Part shown: positions 40,413 through 48,738 of the stretch, in pieces
Numbering within the stretch: position 1 is the stretch's first letter
Layout: each line of letters starts with the position of its first letter
Assembly: GCA_963704905.1 (NCBI GenBank)
Contig: CAVPHZ010000001.1
Coordinates: 131,438-195,437 of the forward strand
DNA length: 64,000 bases
From: Candidatus Chisholmbacteria bacterium
GTDB lineage: Bacteria > Patescibacteriota > Microgenomatia > UBA1400 > Chisholmbacteraceae
Direction: 5' to 3'
The notes under the pieces: model-generated
The model's database searches: none
Seen by the model: the letters and a program-made list of their open reading frames with translations, nothing else
What the model was told of the DNA's origin: nothing
Made by a program: the position numbers and the translations under genes

Positions 40413-41314
40413 GCGTTTGGTTTATTGAGTTTGGACACCTGGTAGACCGCAAACAGCAGGACTCCTGCCGCCAGGTACTGCGACAGTTTGAGCAGATTGT
40501 GATAGTAAATCAGGTCAATGGCAACTGCGGTCAAAGGAAAGACGAGTTCAAGGAGTGTGGATATTTTCACTTGCGTCTGCTTTAATCCTCGATAATAGAT
40601 CCAGAGCGCGACCATTCCGGTTGATAGGGCGATAATCAGCAAACGGACGAGCTGGCCTCCGGTTACGATACTCAGCTGTTTGTAATTTCCCAGCAGGAAG
40701 ACGGCGGCAAAGGCTAGCGGAGTGGTAAGCAAAAAACGCAGGCCGGTCATAGTGGTATGGGAAAGTTTGCGCAAACCAAACCGGGAAAATGCCGTTGATG
40801 TGCCCCAGGCAAAGGCGGCGCCGACAGCCATCAGCGCGGCGGTGGCTGTTCCCGCACCGGCATCCAGCAGAACTTTTCCGTCGGGAAAGGTAACAAAATA
40901 AGCGGCGGCAAGCGCCAGCACTGCCCATTTTCCGTAGTTCTTTGATATGCTCTCCTTAAGGAGTATCCTGGCGGCAATGACCGCGAAGATGGGCTGGAGT
41001 TTTTGCAGCAAGAAAACAACGGAGAAGGAGATAAAATTGACTTTCACCAAGGCTGCGGTAAACAGCAGTGTACCGGCAACCCCGGAGAGCAGACTGATCC
41101 AAATCAGTGCTCCCCATTCTTTGCCTGAGATCTTTTCTTTGGATAGTTTCGGTAAGGCGAATGGAGCAATGAGCAGTGCTCCTATTGCGTGTTCATAAAA
41201 GACGATCACGGAGGGTGGCAAGGAAAACAAACTCCTGCGCAGGATGCCGTCTATCCCCCAAAGCACAGCAGCAATGATGATGAATGCCGGACCGATATTG
41301 TTGATTTTCCTCAT
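40409..41314 (-). CDS. EamA/DMT family transporter (ImpX-like)
   Basis: About 10 TM, AAVLWGIDG, LLQKLQPIF, YYRGLK, ELVFP; ATGA overlap with riboflavin kinase. Confidence 0.85.
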   Translation of the reverse strand: MRKINNIGPAFIIIAAVLWGIDGILRRSLFSLPPSVIVFYEHAIGALLIAPFALPKLSKEKISGKEWGALIWISLLSGVAGTLLFTAALVKVNFISFSVVFLLQKLQPIFAVIAARILLKESISKNYGKWAVLALAAAYFVTFPDGKVLLDAGAGTATAALMAVGAAFAWGTSTAFSRFGLRKLSHTTMTGLRFLLTTPLAFAAVFLLGNYKQLSIVTGGQLVRLLIIALSTGMVALWIYYRGLKQTQVKISTLLELVFPLTAVAIDLIYYHNLLKLSQYLAAGVLLFAVYQVSKLNKPNA

Positions 41315-41450
41315 ATTGGCTAGCTATCACCATAGCATATTTTTGGAATTCTCCTCCCCACCTTGCACTGTAATTGTTTAAACATGGTCTGATTCTTTTT
41401 TTTGAATTCTACTCAACTTCTCCCTGTTTGTGTTATATACTTGATCTCTG

Positions 41451-42206
41451 ATGACACTTGAATTAGAACAAGGCTCTCAGCTTCTTTCCCGTATTCAAGG
41501 TATCTTCCGCAATAAAAAAACATGGTATTCCGACGCTCCAGAGGGCGGGTTTGATTGGAAGCAAAGCGTTCAGAAGGTTGCCACACAACTCCGAGGCGAA
41601 ATTGGCTGGGGAGATGCCTCTCAGGTTCCAACGGCAATTGAAAATGCATTTTCACCCGAAAGCCTGACGCGCGTGGAAGGAGAGCATCCTGAACCGCTGA
41701 TTGCCAGAGCACATGAACTCGTCAAACAGTACAACGGTGATCTCTATGTGTGGACGGTTGGCGACCCTGAATGGCAGCGAACCAAATTTCAGCGCTGCGG
41801 TATTGGTGAGTATGTTGATGAGGCTCATTATTTGCGCTCTTCCGCTGGGAAGGGAAATCGTCTGCGTGAGCTTCTGGCTGAACTCAGCCTGGCAACAGGC
41901 AATGACCGAACCACATTTGTGTATGTAGTCGATGATAAGCCGGAAAATTTAGCAGCGGTCATGCAGATGGCTGGTGAATTTAGGAACTCCGGAGTCCAGC
42001 TGGGTAACTATCACATGAAGCTTGATGACCCGCTCGCTGATGCGACTGCATGTTTTCAATATCTTGCAGAAAGAATGAAAACCCATGCCGAGGCGGGAGA
42101 GAAGCCCGTTCTAGTCTTTGATCAAGATGGTGTGCTCACGGACACAGACCGGACTCTATTTGAAGTGGCAAGCAGAAATATTCTTGAACTGGCAACCAGA
42201 AAATAA
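41451..42206 (+). CDS. HAD-superfamily protein with motif I at the C-terminus
   Basis: VWTVG (II), GKG (III), VVDDKPEN (IV), then VLVFDQDGVLTDT (I) at aa 220-232. Confidence 0.7.
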   Translation: MTLELEQGSQLLSRIQGIFRNKKTWYSDAPEGGFDWKQSVQKVATQLRGEIGWGDASQVPTAIENAFSPESLTRVEGEHPEPLIARAHELVKQYNGDLYVWTVGDPEWQRTKFQRCGIGEYVDEAHYLRSSAGKGNRLRELLAELSLATGNDRTTFVYVVDDKPENLAAVMQMAGEFRNSGVQLGNYHMKLDDPLADATACFQYLAERMKTHAEAGEKPVLVFDQDGVLTDTDRTLFEVASRNILELATRK

Positions 42207-42215
42207 CGCTTCTCG

Positions 42216-42531
42216 TTATTGAAATTTATATACCAGTGCCGGTTTTTTTCCACCAGATGAGGGAACGTGGTAGAATGCGGCGCATGAGTGGAAATCCGGA
42301 ATGCGCTCTCTATCTCTCGGTCCGCAGGCAATCGGTACGGATGGTACCCGCATGTGAAATCCCGATGGTACAGTCTGGGAGTCAAACCTGTGATCATTTT
42401 TTCGGTACACCGCAGAACATCGTCAACGGTGCCAGAGATGTGACAAATTCCTGCCGGAGAGCTGTTGAGGCTCGATACGCTCCACCGATTGAAGCCACTT
42501 TTCCTGAATAACTTTTCCTTTGTTCTGGCAT
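42216..42531 (-). CDS. Possible hypothetical protein split by a frameshift in an A-run near 42400
   Basis: MPEQRK...FCGVPK joins NDHRFDSQ...VYKFQ* if one A is removed; no motif recognised. Confidence 0.3.
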
Positions 42532-42637
42532 TCGTTTTCTTTTTTTATATCCGAAACCCGAGGTCGTATTATCTGTATCTTTAGTTATCCCTGGTAGTAT
42601 TAAATAAATACCTGAGGTAACATGGTAGAATTTATTT

Positions 42638-43108
42638 ATGTTCGATAACAACCTTCTGCGAAAATTGAGAATTGGATTTCTGTTTTCAGGTGTTCTCGTT
42701 TCCTGGACCACTACCCTGGCTGCGTTTATGAACTTCTATCGCCTTGAGGGAACGCTGTTTAAAATCAAGGACTGTATCATCCCCAATCCGGTAACTACCC
42801 CGTGTTTCTGGGGAGCGTTGGCGTTTATGGGCGCCTTGATCTGGTCGCTGTATCTGTTGAAGAACAATAATGAAAAATCAGATCGGTATCTGTTTTATTT
42901 TCTCATCGGTTGTGTGATTTTTGCCTGGGGCAATTTTACGGTTGAGCTTATGGGAATAACTCCAAAACCAGGTGCATTGATCGCACCTTGTCCTGCAACC
43001 GGTACCAATCCGTTTCTTTCCGCCTGCTTCTTCGGTTCTGTTTTGTTTACTTTATCCTTGACAACGAATTTCTTTATACAAAGAAAGGGTTCGGGCAGTT
43101 CTGCTTAA
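42638..43108 (+). CDS. Four-TM membrane protein with two Cys-pair loops
   Basis: DCIIPNPVTTPCFWGA and PCPATGTNPFLSACFFGS internal repeat. Confidence 0.75.
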   Translation: MFDNNLLRKLRIGFLFSGVLVSWTTTLAAFMNFYRLEGTLFKIKDCIIPNPVTTPCFWGALAFMGALIWSLYLLKNNNEKSDRYLFYFLIGCVIFAWGNFTVELMGITPKPGALIAPCPATGTNPFLSACFFGSVLFTLSLTTNFFIQRKGSGSSA

Positions 43109-43122
43109 CAGTTGGTAATTTT

Positions 43123-43920
43123 CTATAGTGCATCCAATCCAACCGCCTGTAAGTATGGCATCGGGTCTGCATACTCTCCTCGATTGCTGGGAGGTAGCAG
43201 ATCAGCCAGCGGCAGCATCATCAGATCCGCCAATTGTTGGGAATATATCTGCTGATCAGCGGAAAAAACAGCGTGCTGGGGGATTAACTCCGGAAGTCTA
43301 AATGGTTTTCCCACTTTTAATTCCGGATCGCCATATTCGGCATAGGTTATTCCCACCGGGAGATACGCTAGTCGGTGCTCGGGATCATAATCCGGAATAC
43401 GACCAAATCCCCGATTGGCCCGAAGTAAATTTTGCCCTTTACCCCTGGTTCCTTCGGGAGTGTATCCATACACTGAACCGGGACTAAGGAGATGCTCTCG
43501 TGAAGACTCTTTCAACTTGTCAAGCATTCTCAGTCTTTCTTCGTCTTGGTACACATCCTTTTCTCTATGCTGTACAACCGGTATCGGGTGGGCGTCTATT
43601 AAACGCAGAAGTCGAAATCCGGAAGCGGCTTTAAAATCTCTTCGAAAATCGTAATGTCTAATTCCAACCGGTGCGAGAAGCATGCGACTTTCTGGTAGAG
43701 ACGCTGCCACCAAACTGACCATCACCCATACATCTTTGTCGCTGGTGTGATTGAGGTAGATGACCAAACCGGACTGTTTGAGGTGCTCATTGGCTTGAGA
43801 TAGGTGATCATAACTCCGGGCAGTAACCTCCAGGTTATATTTTTTTTGGAAATACGGCCAAGTCCGGCTTCCGATTTCTTTGCGTATTCGATGTACCGGA
43901 CGCGGAGATCCCTCTTTCAT
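43123..43920 (-). CDS. PlsC-like glycerolipid acyltransferase
   Basis: NHTSDKD (HxxxxD), PEGTRG, LPVGI motifs. Confidence 0.78.
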   Translation of the reverse strand: MKEGSPRPVHRIRKEIGSRTWPYFQKKYNLEVTARSYDHLSQANEHLKQSGLVIYLNHTSDKDVWVMVSLVAASLPESRMLLAPVGIRHYDFRRDFKAASGFRLLRLIDAHPIPVVQHREKDVYQDEERLRMLDKLKESSREHLLSPGSVYGYTPEGTRGKGQNLLRANRGFGRIPDYDPEHRLAYLPVGITYAEYGDPELKVGKPFRLPELIPQHAVFSADQQIYSQQLADLMMLPLADLLPPSNRGEYADPMPYLQAVGLDAL

Positions 43921-44080
43921 TTTTTTATATTAGCAGATAATTTACTCTTTTAACGTTGGGATATTTTCCTGGGATCCGATACGTTTTGGACTCTTTTTAT
44001 AAGCTTTATTTTCCCGATGTTCCTTTACAACCTCGTTTTTTGATAGTCATCCAGGATTTCAATATCTTTGGTATCTATTC

Positions 44081-44123
44081 GGTCTTTTCGCTTCTCCCAG
44101 GGGAAAGAAAGTGATAGAATTTT
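44081..44123 (+). promoter_or_regulatory. Promoter block shared with the NYN gene upstream region
   Basis: GGTCTTTTCGCTTCTCCCA-GGG-GAAAGAAAGTGATAGAATTTT with extended -10 TGnTAGAAT. Confidence 0.6.
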
Positions 44124-44130
44124 TTACACT

Positions 44131-44886
44131 ATGGCACAAGATTTTTACGATAAGGTTGCACAGAAGTTTGGCGGATATCATACCGATAGCCGGTATACCA
44201 CCATCTATCCCGGTGAACAGCCTGAAGAAGTCTTTAAACAAAAACTGCTAGAGCAAGCTGGAGCTGAAAAAAGTGTGCTCGATTTGGGTTGTGCTGATGG
44301 ACGATTTACCCTTTCACTTGCGCCAAACTTCAAGCAGGTCACAGCGATCGATATTTCTGAAGGGATGCTTCTCAGTGCCCGCAACTTGCAGGAAAACCAG
44401 CAGATAACCAATGTTGACTTTGTGAAGCAACATGCAGAAGCAACCACGTTTTCCGACGGACAATTTGATGTTGTCTACAGCCGGAGAGGTCCAACGCCTT
44501 ATGCTGAAGTATTTCGCATTTTAAAACCGGGTGGCAGTTTTATCATTATTGAAATCGGGGAAAAAGATTGCGTGGAAATTAAAAAGGTATTTGGGAGAGG
44601 ACAGAATTATGGAGGGTGGGATAAACCAAGATCTAAACGGGAAACAGATAAGGCAGAGGAGGTTGGCTTTGAAGTCGAGTTTATAGAAAATTATTACTAT
44701 AACGAATACTATAAAAGCTACAAAGACTTTGATCTGTTTTTGCAAGGAGTACCGATTTTTGAAGATTTTGATCCGGTTACGGATAAAGTACTTTTAGAAA
44801 CATACGTCCAAAAATTTGAAACCGAGCAAGGAATCCGACTTGAGCGCCATAGAGTTGTCTTCACACTTACTAAGCCACTTCTTTAG
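44131..44886 (+). CDS. Class I SAM-dependent methyltransferase
   Basis: VLDLGCADG, AIDIS, FDVVYSRRGP, RILKPGG. Confidence 0.92.
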   Translation: MAQDFYDKVAQKFGGYHTDSRYTTIYPGEQPEEVFKQKLLEQAGAEKSVLDLGCADGRFTLSLAPNFKQVTAIDISEGMLLSARNLQENQQITNVDFVKQHAEATTFSDGQFDVVYSRRGPTPYAEVFRILKPGGSFIIIEIGEKDCVEIKKVFGRGQNYGGWDKPRSKRETDKAEEVGFEVEFIENYYYNEYYKSYKDFDLFLQGVPIFEDFDPVTDKVLLETYVQKFETEQGIRLERHRVVFTLTKPLL

Positions 44887-44991
44887 TGAGACTAATCTGG
44901 CATCTTCCATCTCAAACTCTTGTATACAACATTCTTGATACAAAATGCTGAATTAGTTGGGTGGTTCTGGTAAAATACGCGTAGAAAAATC

Positions 44992-45594
44992 ATGATCAGA
45001 CCAGAATTGATATCAGGGATTGAAGCGAAAGATTTAGGATTACCGATAGCTGAAATGCAGACGGCATTTCCGCTTGATGTTTATCCAGAGTTTGAGCTGA
45101 AAGGTTTCGCTGAAACGGGCCATCATCATTTTCCCAGCGTGCTCTTTGGAATTCGTCGAGGAAACGAGATAAGGCGCTATCCCCGACCTGAGATATCCAT
45201 CGGTTACGAAATTCTACCGAAATCGGCACAATTAAATTTGGAGATTTATTTTGATAATTTTGGAAACCCGATCGCCGCACCTCGGGCTTTTACGCTTATT
45301 ATTGAAAACTCGAGAAGGCGTATCCTTCACAAACTTCGAAACGCCCCAAAAGGCACGAGAATGGGATATCATAGTCCTGAAATTTCTGCTCTTTCGATTG
45401 CATTACCTGATACGAGATATACATTTGAACCTCGACCAGAAGAACCCGGACTACAAACATTTGCCTTAACTAGAGCAACTCTAGATAGTCCACCACAGTC
45501 TAATCTCTTACTTACTTTTAAAGAAGTTGATAGCGATGGTTTTGAACTGCTTCCGAATTCTTGGACAGTCTTGGAAGACAATTTATTTACTTAA
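44992..45594 (+). CDS. Hypothetical protein
   Basis: 200-aa ORF preceded by TGgTAAAAT. Confidence 0.6.
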   Translation: MIRPELISGIEAKDLGLPIAEMQTAFPLDVYPEFELKGFAETGHHHFPSVLFGIRRGNEIRRYPRPEISIGYEILPKSAQLNLEIYFDNFGNPIAAPRAFTLIIENSRRRILHKLRNAPKGTRMGYHSPEISALSIALPDTRYTFEPRPEEPGLQTFALTRATLDSPPQSNLLLTFKEVDSDGFELLPNSWTVLEDNLFT

Positions 45595-45698
45595 TAAACT
45601 GAATAAGTCGTCTATCTAAGATCTGTCATCTATAATCTGTGATCTGATTTTTCCTACTTACTGAATTCGTATATTATTAGGGTATTTCGCTTTTCCCA

Positions 45699-45778
45699 CC
45701 TGCCCGCCGGAGTTTCCGGCTGCGAAAACGGCTAGATCGCAGTCTTGAGTAAGCAGCGAAACGCATGGCGAGGGGCCA
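45699..45778. other. GC-rich multi-hairpin element inserted in the promoter block upstream of NYN
   Basis: GCCGGA-GTT-TCCGGC, CTGCGA...TCGCAG, GCG-AAA-CGC hairpins, CGCC/GGCG closing; absent from the homologous block at 44081-44123. Confidence 0.5.
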
Positions 45779-45802
45779 GAAAGAAAGTGGTAGAATTTTG
45801 TT

Positions 45803-46321
45803 ATGAAGAAAAAGTCTCGCAAGAGGAAAGCAATCTATGCCTTCATCGATAGTCAAAACCTCAGCCTAGGAGTGAAAAGCCTTGGGTGGAATCTCGATTT
45901 TGCAAAATTCAGAGTGTATCTCCGCGATAAATACAAGGTTGAGAAAGCGTACTTGTTTATCGGTCATGTTCCTGGAAATGAAAAACTTTATACCCACTTA
46001 CAAGAATCCGGGTATGTGGTTGTGTTTAAACCAACGCTTGAATATCGAAAAGGGAAGAAGGTTTTTACCAAGGGCAACGTGGATGCCGAATTGGTTCTCC
46101 ATACGATGATCAACCTCAAAACATTCCATAAAGCCATCATTGTCTCGGGGGATGGAGACTTCCATTGCCTTGTCGAGTATCTTCACAGCCAGAAGAAATT
46201 GGAAAAAATTATCGTGCCGAACAGCAAGTATTCTTCGCTGCTTCGAAAATTTGCTCAATATATCGTGCCGGTGGAGCTGTTTAAAAGCAAAGTAAAAGAA
46301 ACGAGAACATCCAGACAATAA
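45803..46321 (+). CDS. NYN domain (LabA/DUF88, PIN-like) putative RNase
   Basis: AFIDSQNL, KGNVDAELV, IVSGDGDF motifs. Confidence 0.92.
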   Translation: MKKKSRKRKAIYAFIDSQNLSLGVKSLGWNLDFAKFRVYLRDKYKVEKAYLFIGHVPGNEKLYTHLQESGYVVVFKPTLEYRKGKKVFTKGNVDAELVLHTMINLKTFHKAIIVSGDGDFHCLVEYLHSQKKLEKIIVPNSKYSSLLRKFAQYIVPVELFKSKVKETRTSRQ

Positions 46322-46374
46322 AAAGAGAGGCATTCCCTCGGGACGGAACCCTTTGGTAGTCCTCTCATCGTGAT
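46320..46374 (-). ncRNA. Candidate ~55-nt small RNA convergent with the NYN gene
   Basis: AUCACGAU-GAGAGG-ACUA-CC-AAA-GGG-UUCCGU-CCC-GAG-GG-AAUG-CCUCUC-UUUUU; own extended -10 upstream and U-tract at the end. Confidence 0.45.
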
Positions 46375-46380
46375 GTCATT

Positions 46381-46389
46381 ATTATAGCA
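46381..46389 (-). promoter_or_regulatory. Extended -10 promoter facing the NYN 3' end
   Basis: Minus strand TGcTATAAT, perfect consensus. Confidence 0.6.
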
Positions 46390-46444
46390 GGTTGCAACAA
46401 CTTTTTCTTCTATGTTCAGTATTCTTTATTCAATATTCTATTAA

Positions 46445-47059
46445 TCCTCTGTTGCCTGTCATACACCAGAAAACGAATACATTAATCACCTTTGGGATAC
46501 TTACCTGACATTAGACACTCTTGGGGATGCTGGCAGAGGTTTTTCGATAATGCCATTTCATATTTTGTTCATGCTCGCATTGCAGTATAAAGTCTTAAGA
46601 ATAAACAAAATTTACGGAAAAGAATGTAAACTAATATTTTGTACTTCTGGATCGAGATACAAAAAAGAACTATTAAATCCAGCTCTATCCGTTTTTGACC
46701 TTGCGTTACTTAGCGAAAAGCATCTTCCAGAGTTTTTTCAGCTGATTGGTTTAGATGAAGACACAATAAGAACTATTAAGAAATTCATCAACTATCGAAA
46801 TGACAATCTCGCACATCCAAAGGGCGGAATTGAACAAAATCCTGAAGCAAGGATCACATCCTACATCGAAGTTCTTAAAAATATTCAGATCTTTATGCTT
46901 AGTCTAAACAACAAGGTTGCTAAAAAATGGATTGGTGAGATGGATCCTGGAGAAGCGGGAGTTGAATATATCGATCTGCATTTGGCAGAGGAATTTCTTT
47001 GTCCAGCTGACATGCAACAGGGTGAATTAGCGGAATTAGATAATAGATTAAACCACTAA
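46445..47059 (+). CDS. HEPN-like protein, probably 5'-truncated
   Basis: YRNDNLAH (Rx5H); frame open from 46445 (ENEYINHLWDTY...) but first ATG at 46550. Confidence 0.55.
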   Translation, partial: SSVACHTPENEYINHLWDTYLTLDTLGDAGRGFSIMPFHILFMLALQYKVLRINKIYGKECKLIFCTSGSRYKKELLNPALSVFDLALLSEKHLPEFFQLIGLDEDTIRTIKKFINYRNDNLAHPKGGIEQNPEARITSYIEVLKNIQIFMLSLNNKVAKKWIGEMDPGEAGVEYIDLHLAEEFLCPADMQQGELAELDNRLNH

Positions 47060-47185
47060 ACTTAATAATCAGATTATTTAACGACATTTACAAAACGAGG
47101 AGTCCTCCTCATCAATGTTGATAATCTCTCGAGAACGTAAAAACGTCCCAGGTACCCTGGGACTAAATTTTCCAGATCTCGTTTT

Positions 47186-47198
47186 TTCTGAAATTTCT
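47186..47198 (+). repeat. Intergenic module-boundary repeat, copy 1
   Basis: gatctcgtttt-TTCTGAAATTTCT. Confidence 0.85.
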
Positions 47199-47265
47199 CC
47201 CGTTTCCCCAAGTTTTGCTATAATACCCGAACTATATACGAATATTAATCGGTTCAGCCGTATTT

Positions 47266-47874
47266 ATGAAAATAAAAGGTTACTATCCGGACAAATTTTC
47301 CGAACATTTCTCTGTATTCGTGAGAAATGCTGAAAAAATTTCAGGTGCAATTTGGAAATCAGAAGAGATAAATGGTTCAAAAAAGAAAGTGGTCTCTTTT
47401 ACAGGACATCTTTCAGAGGAGGCTTTAAAAAATATTCCAGAAGATATCCGGTCTATTTTTTTAATATTTGTTTCTTTTGAAGTAATGTTTGACGAGGTAG
47501 CATATACTTACTTCCCGCTTGATTATCAATACTTTCAATCATTGACGTTGTTTCCTAAGTACTACTTTTGTGGACATGGACCTGTGGGCGAAGGAAGTCC
47601 TTTTGGTATTTACTTCTTGTTACCCAAACAATTCAGAATATTTTCTAAAAGAAGAACTTATCTAAAACAAGGACCACCGCAAGTTCAGAAAGCATACAAG
47701 ACTTATAAAGAATGTAGCAGAGAGTTTATCACATACATGAATGATTTCCTCAGCAAGCATACATTTACTGAAATGACCATGAGAAGAGTTAAAACAGTTA
47801 TTTTAAATGACAAAGATATATATAGAAATGTCTATGGAAGAGTCTTTCAATCAATTTTAAAGAATACGTTTTGA
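47266..47874 (+). CDS. Hypothetical protein
   Basis: 202-aa AT-rich ORF; TGcTATAAT at 47216-47224. Confidence 0.65.
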   Translation: MKIKGYYPDKFSEHFSVFVRNAEKISGAIWKSEEINGSKKKVVSFTGHLSEEALKNIPEDIRSIFLIFVSFEVMFDEVAYTYFPLDYQYFQSLTLFPKYYFCGHGPVGEGSPFGIYFLLPKQFRIFSKRRTYLKQGPPQVQKAYKTYKECSREFITYMNDFLSKHTFTEMTMRRVKTVILNDKDIYRNVYGRVFQSILKNTF

Positions 47875-47931
47875 TCAGGATCTCACAAGTTTGGAAGTTA
47901 ATACTTATTTACAACACTACCTTCCAAAAAT

Positions 47932-48615
47932 ATGCAAGAATATCCAATTGAAGTCATCGATAATCACATAACAATAAATATTAACGATAAAAAAGTGCTG
48001 CTTGATACAGGCTCTCCAAATAGCATCGGTAAATTTCAAAATATAAAACTTTTAGGCAAAGAATATACACTTTCAGATAATTTCATGGGAATCGATATTT
48101 TTCAGATATCAAATTTTATAGACAGAGATATTGATGCAATGTTGGGTGGGGATATTCTAAGAGAGTACTATTTTGTGATTGACTGGCAAAAACGGTTATT
48201 CAAGCTTTCCACGGAACAAATTTCTTTTGAAGGAATAGAAGTTCTGATTAAAGTAGCAATGAACATTCCGGTTGTAAATATCAAGATTAATAAAAAGTCT
48301 GTTAAAACATTTTTAGACACAGGTGCAAAAATATCCTACGTGGACCCATCAATTACTAATAAATATGATTCTATTGGAGAAGTTACTGATTATTATCCAG
48401 CCTTTGGCCAGTTCGAAACATCTATTTTTAAAATTCCCGTTTTTTTAGCAGAAAAAAATATTGATTTGGTATTTGGAACACTCCCTGATTCACTACAAAA
48501 TTCATTAATGATGGCAGGAACCCAAGGAATATTAGGAAATGATGTTTTTAACTATTTCAGTATATATTTTGAATTGTCGAGGGAACGTATATTTATGAAG
48601 GAAGTAGTTGATTAA
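47932..48615 (+). CDS. Two-domain retropepsin-like aspartyl protease
   Basis: LLDTGS...MLGGDIL and FLDTGA...GILGNDVF. Confidence 0.85.
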   Translation: MQEYPIEVIDNHITININDKKVLLDTGSPNSIGKFQNIKLLGKEYTLSDNFMGIDIFQISNFIDRDIDAMLGGDILREYYFVIDWQKRLFKLSTEQISFEGIEVLIKVAMNIPVVNIKINKKSVKTFLDTGAKISYVDPSITNKYDSIGEVTDYYPAFGQFETSIFKIPVFLAEKNIDLVFGTLPDSLQNSLMMAGTQGILGNDVFNYFSIYFELSRERIFMKEVVD

Positions 48616-48666
48616 TTTAACCAGTTAGGCTTTTTAAATGCTGATTTTTATCTACATCTCGTTTTT

Positions 48667-48679
48667 TTCTGAAATTTCT
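48667..48679 (+). repeat. Intergenic module-boundary repeat, copy 2
   Basis: acatctcgttttt-TTCTGAAATTTCT. Confidence 0.85.
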
Positions 48680-48738
48680 CGGATGTCCTTCTTTTCTTTG
48701 TAATTACGTTCTTTCTTAATACCGTCTATGATATTAGT

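Noticed and set aside
41335-41412. TTTTTGGAATTCT and TTTTTGAATTCT as degenerate copies of the module repeat
   Set aside because: Too divergent in AT-rich intergenic DNA to count without a profile search
45375-45388. Near-match to the module repeat (cCTGAAATTTCT)
   Set aside because: Inside a coding region, mismatched, and lacks the T-rich left flank; probably chance
48615-48631. ATTTAAC...GTTAGGC resembling integron attC core sites
   Set aside because: Only a few bases separate the two boxes, there is no attC hairpin, and it is not repeated at other module boundaries
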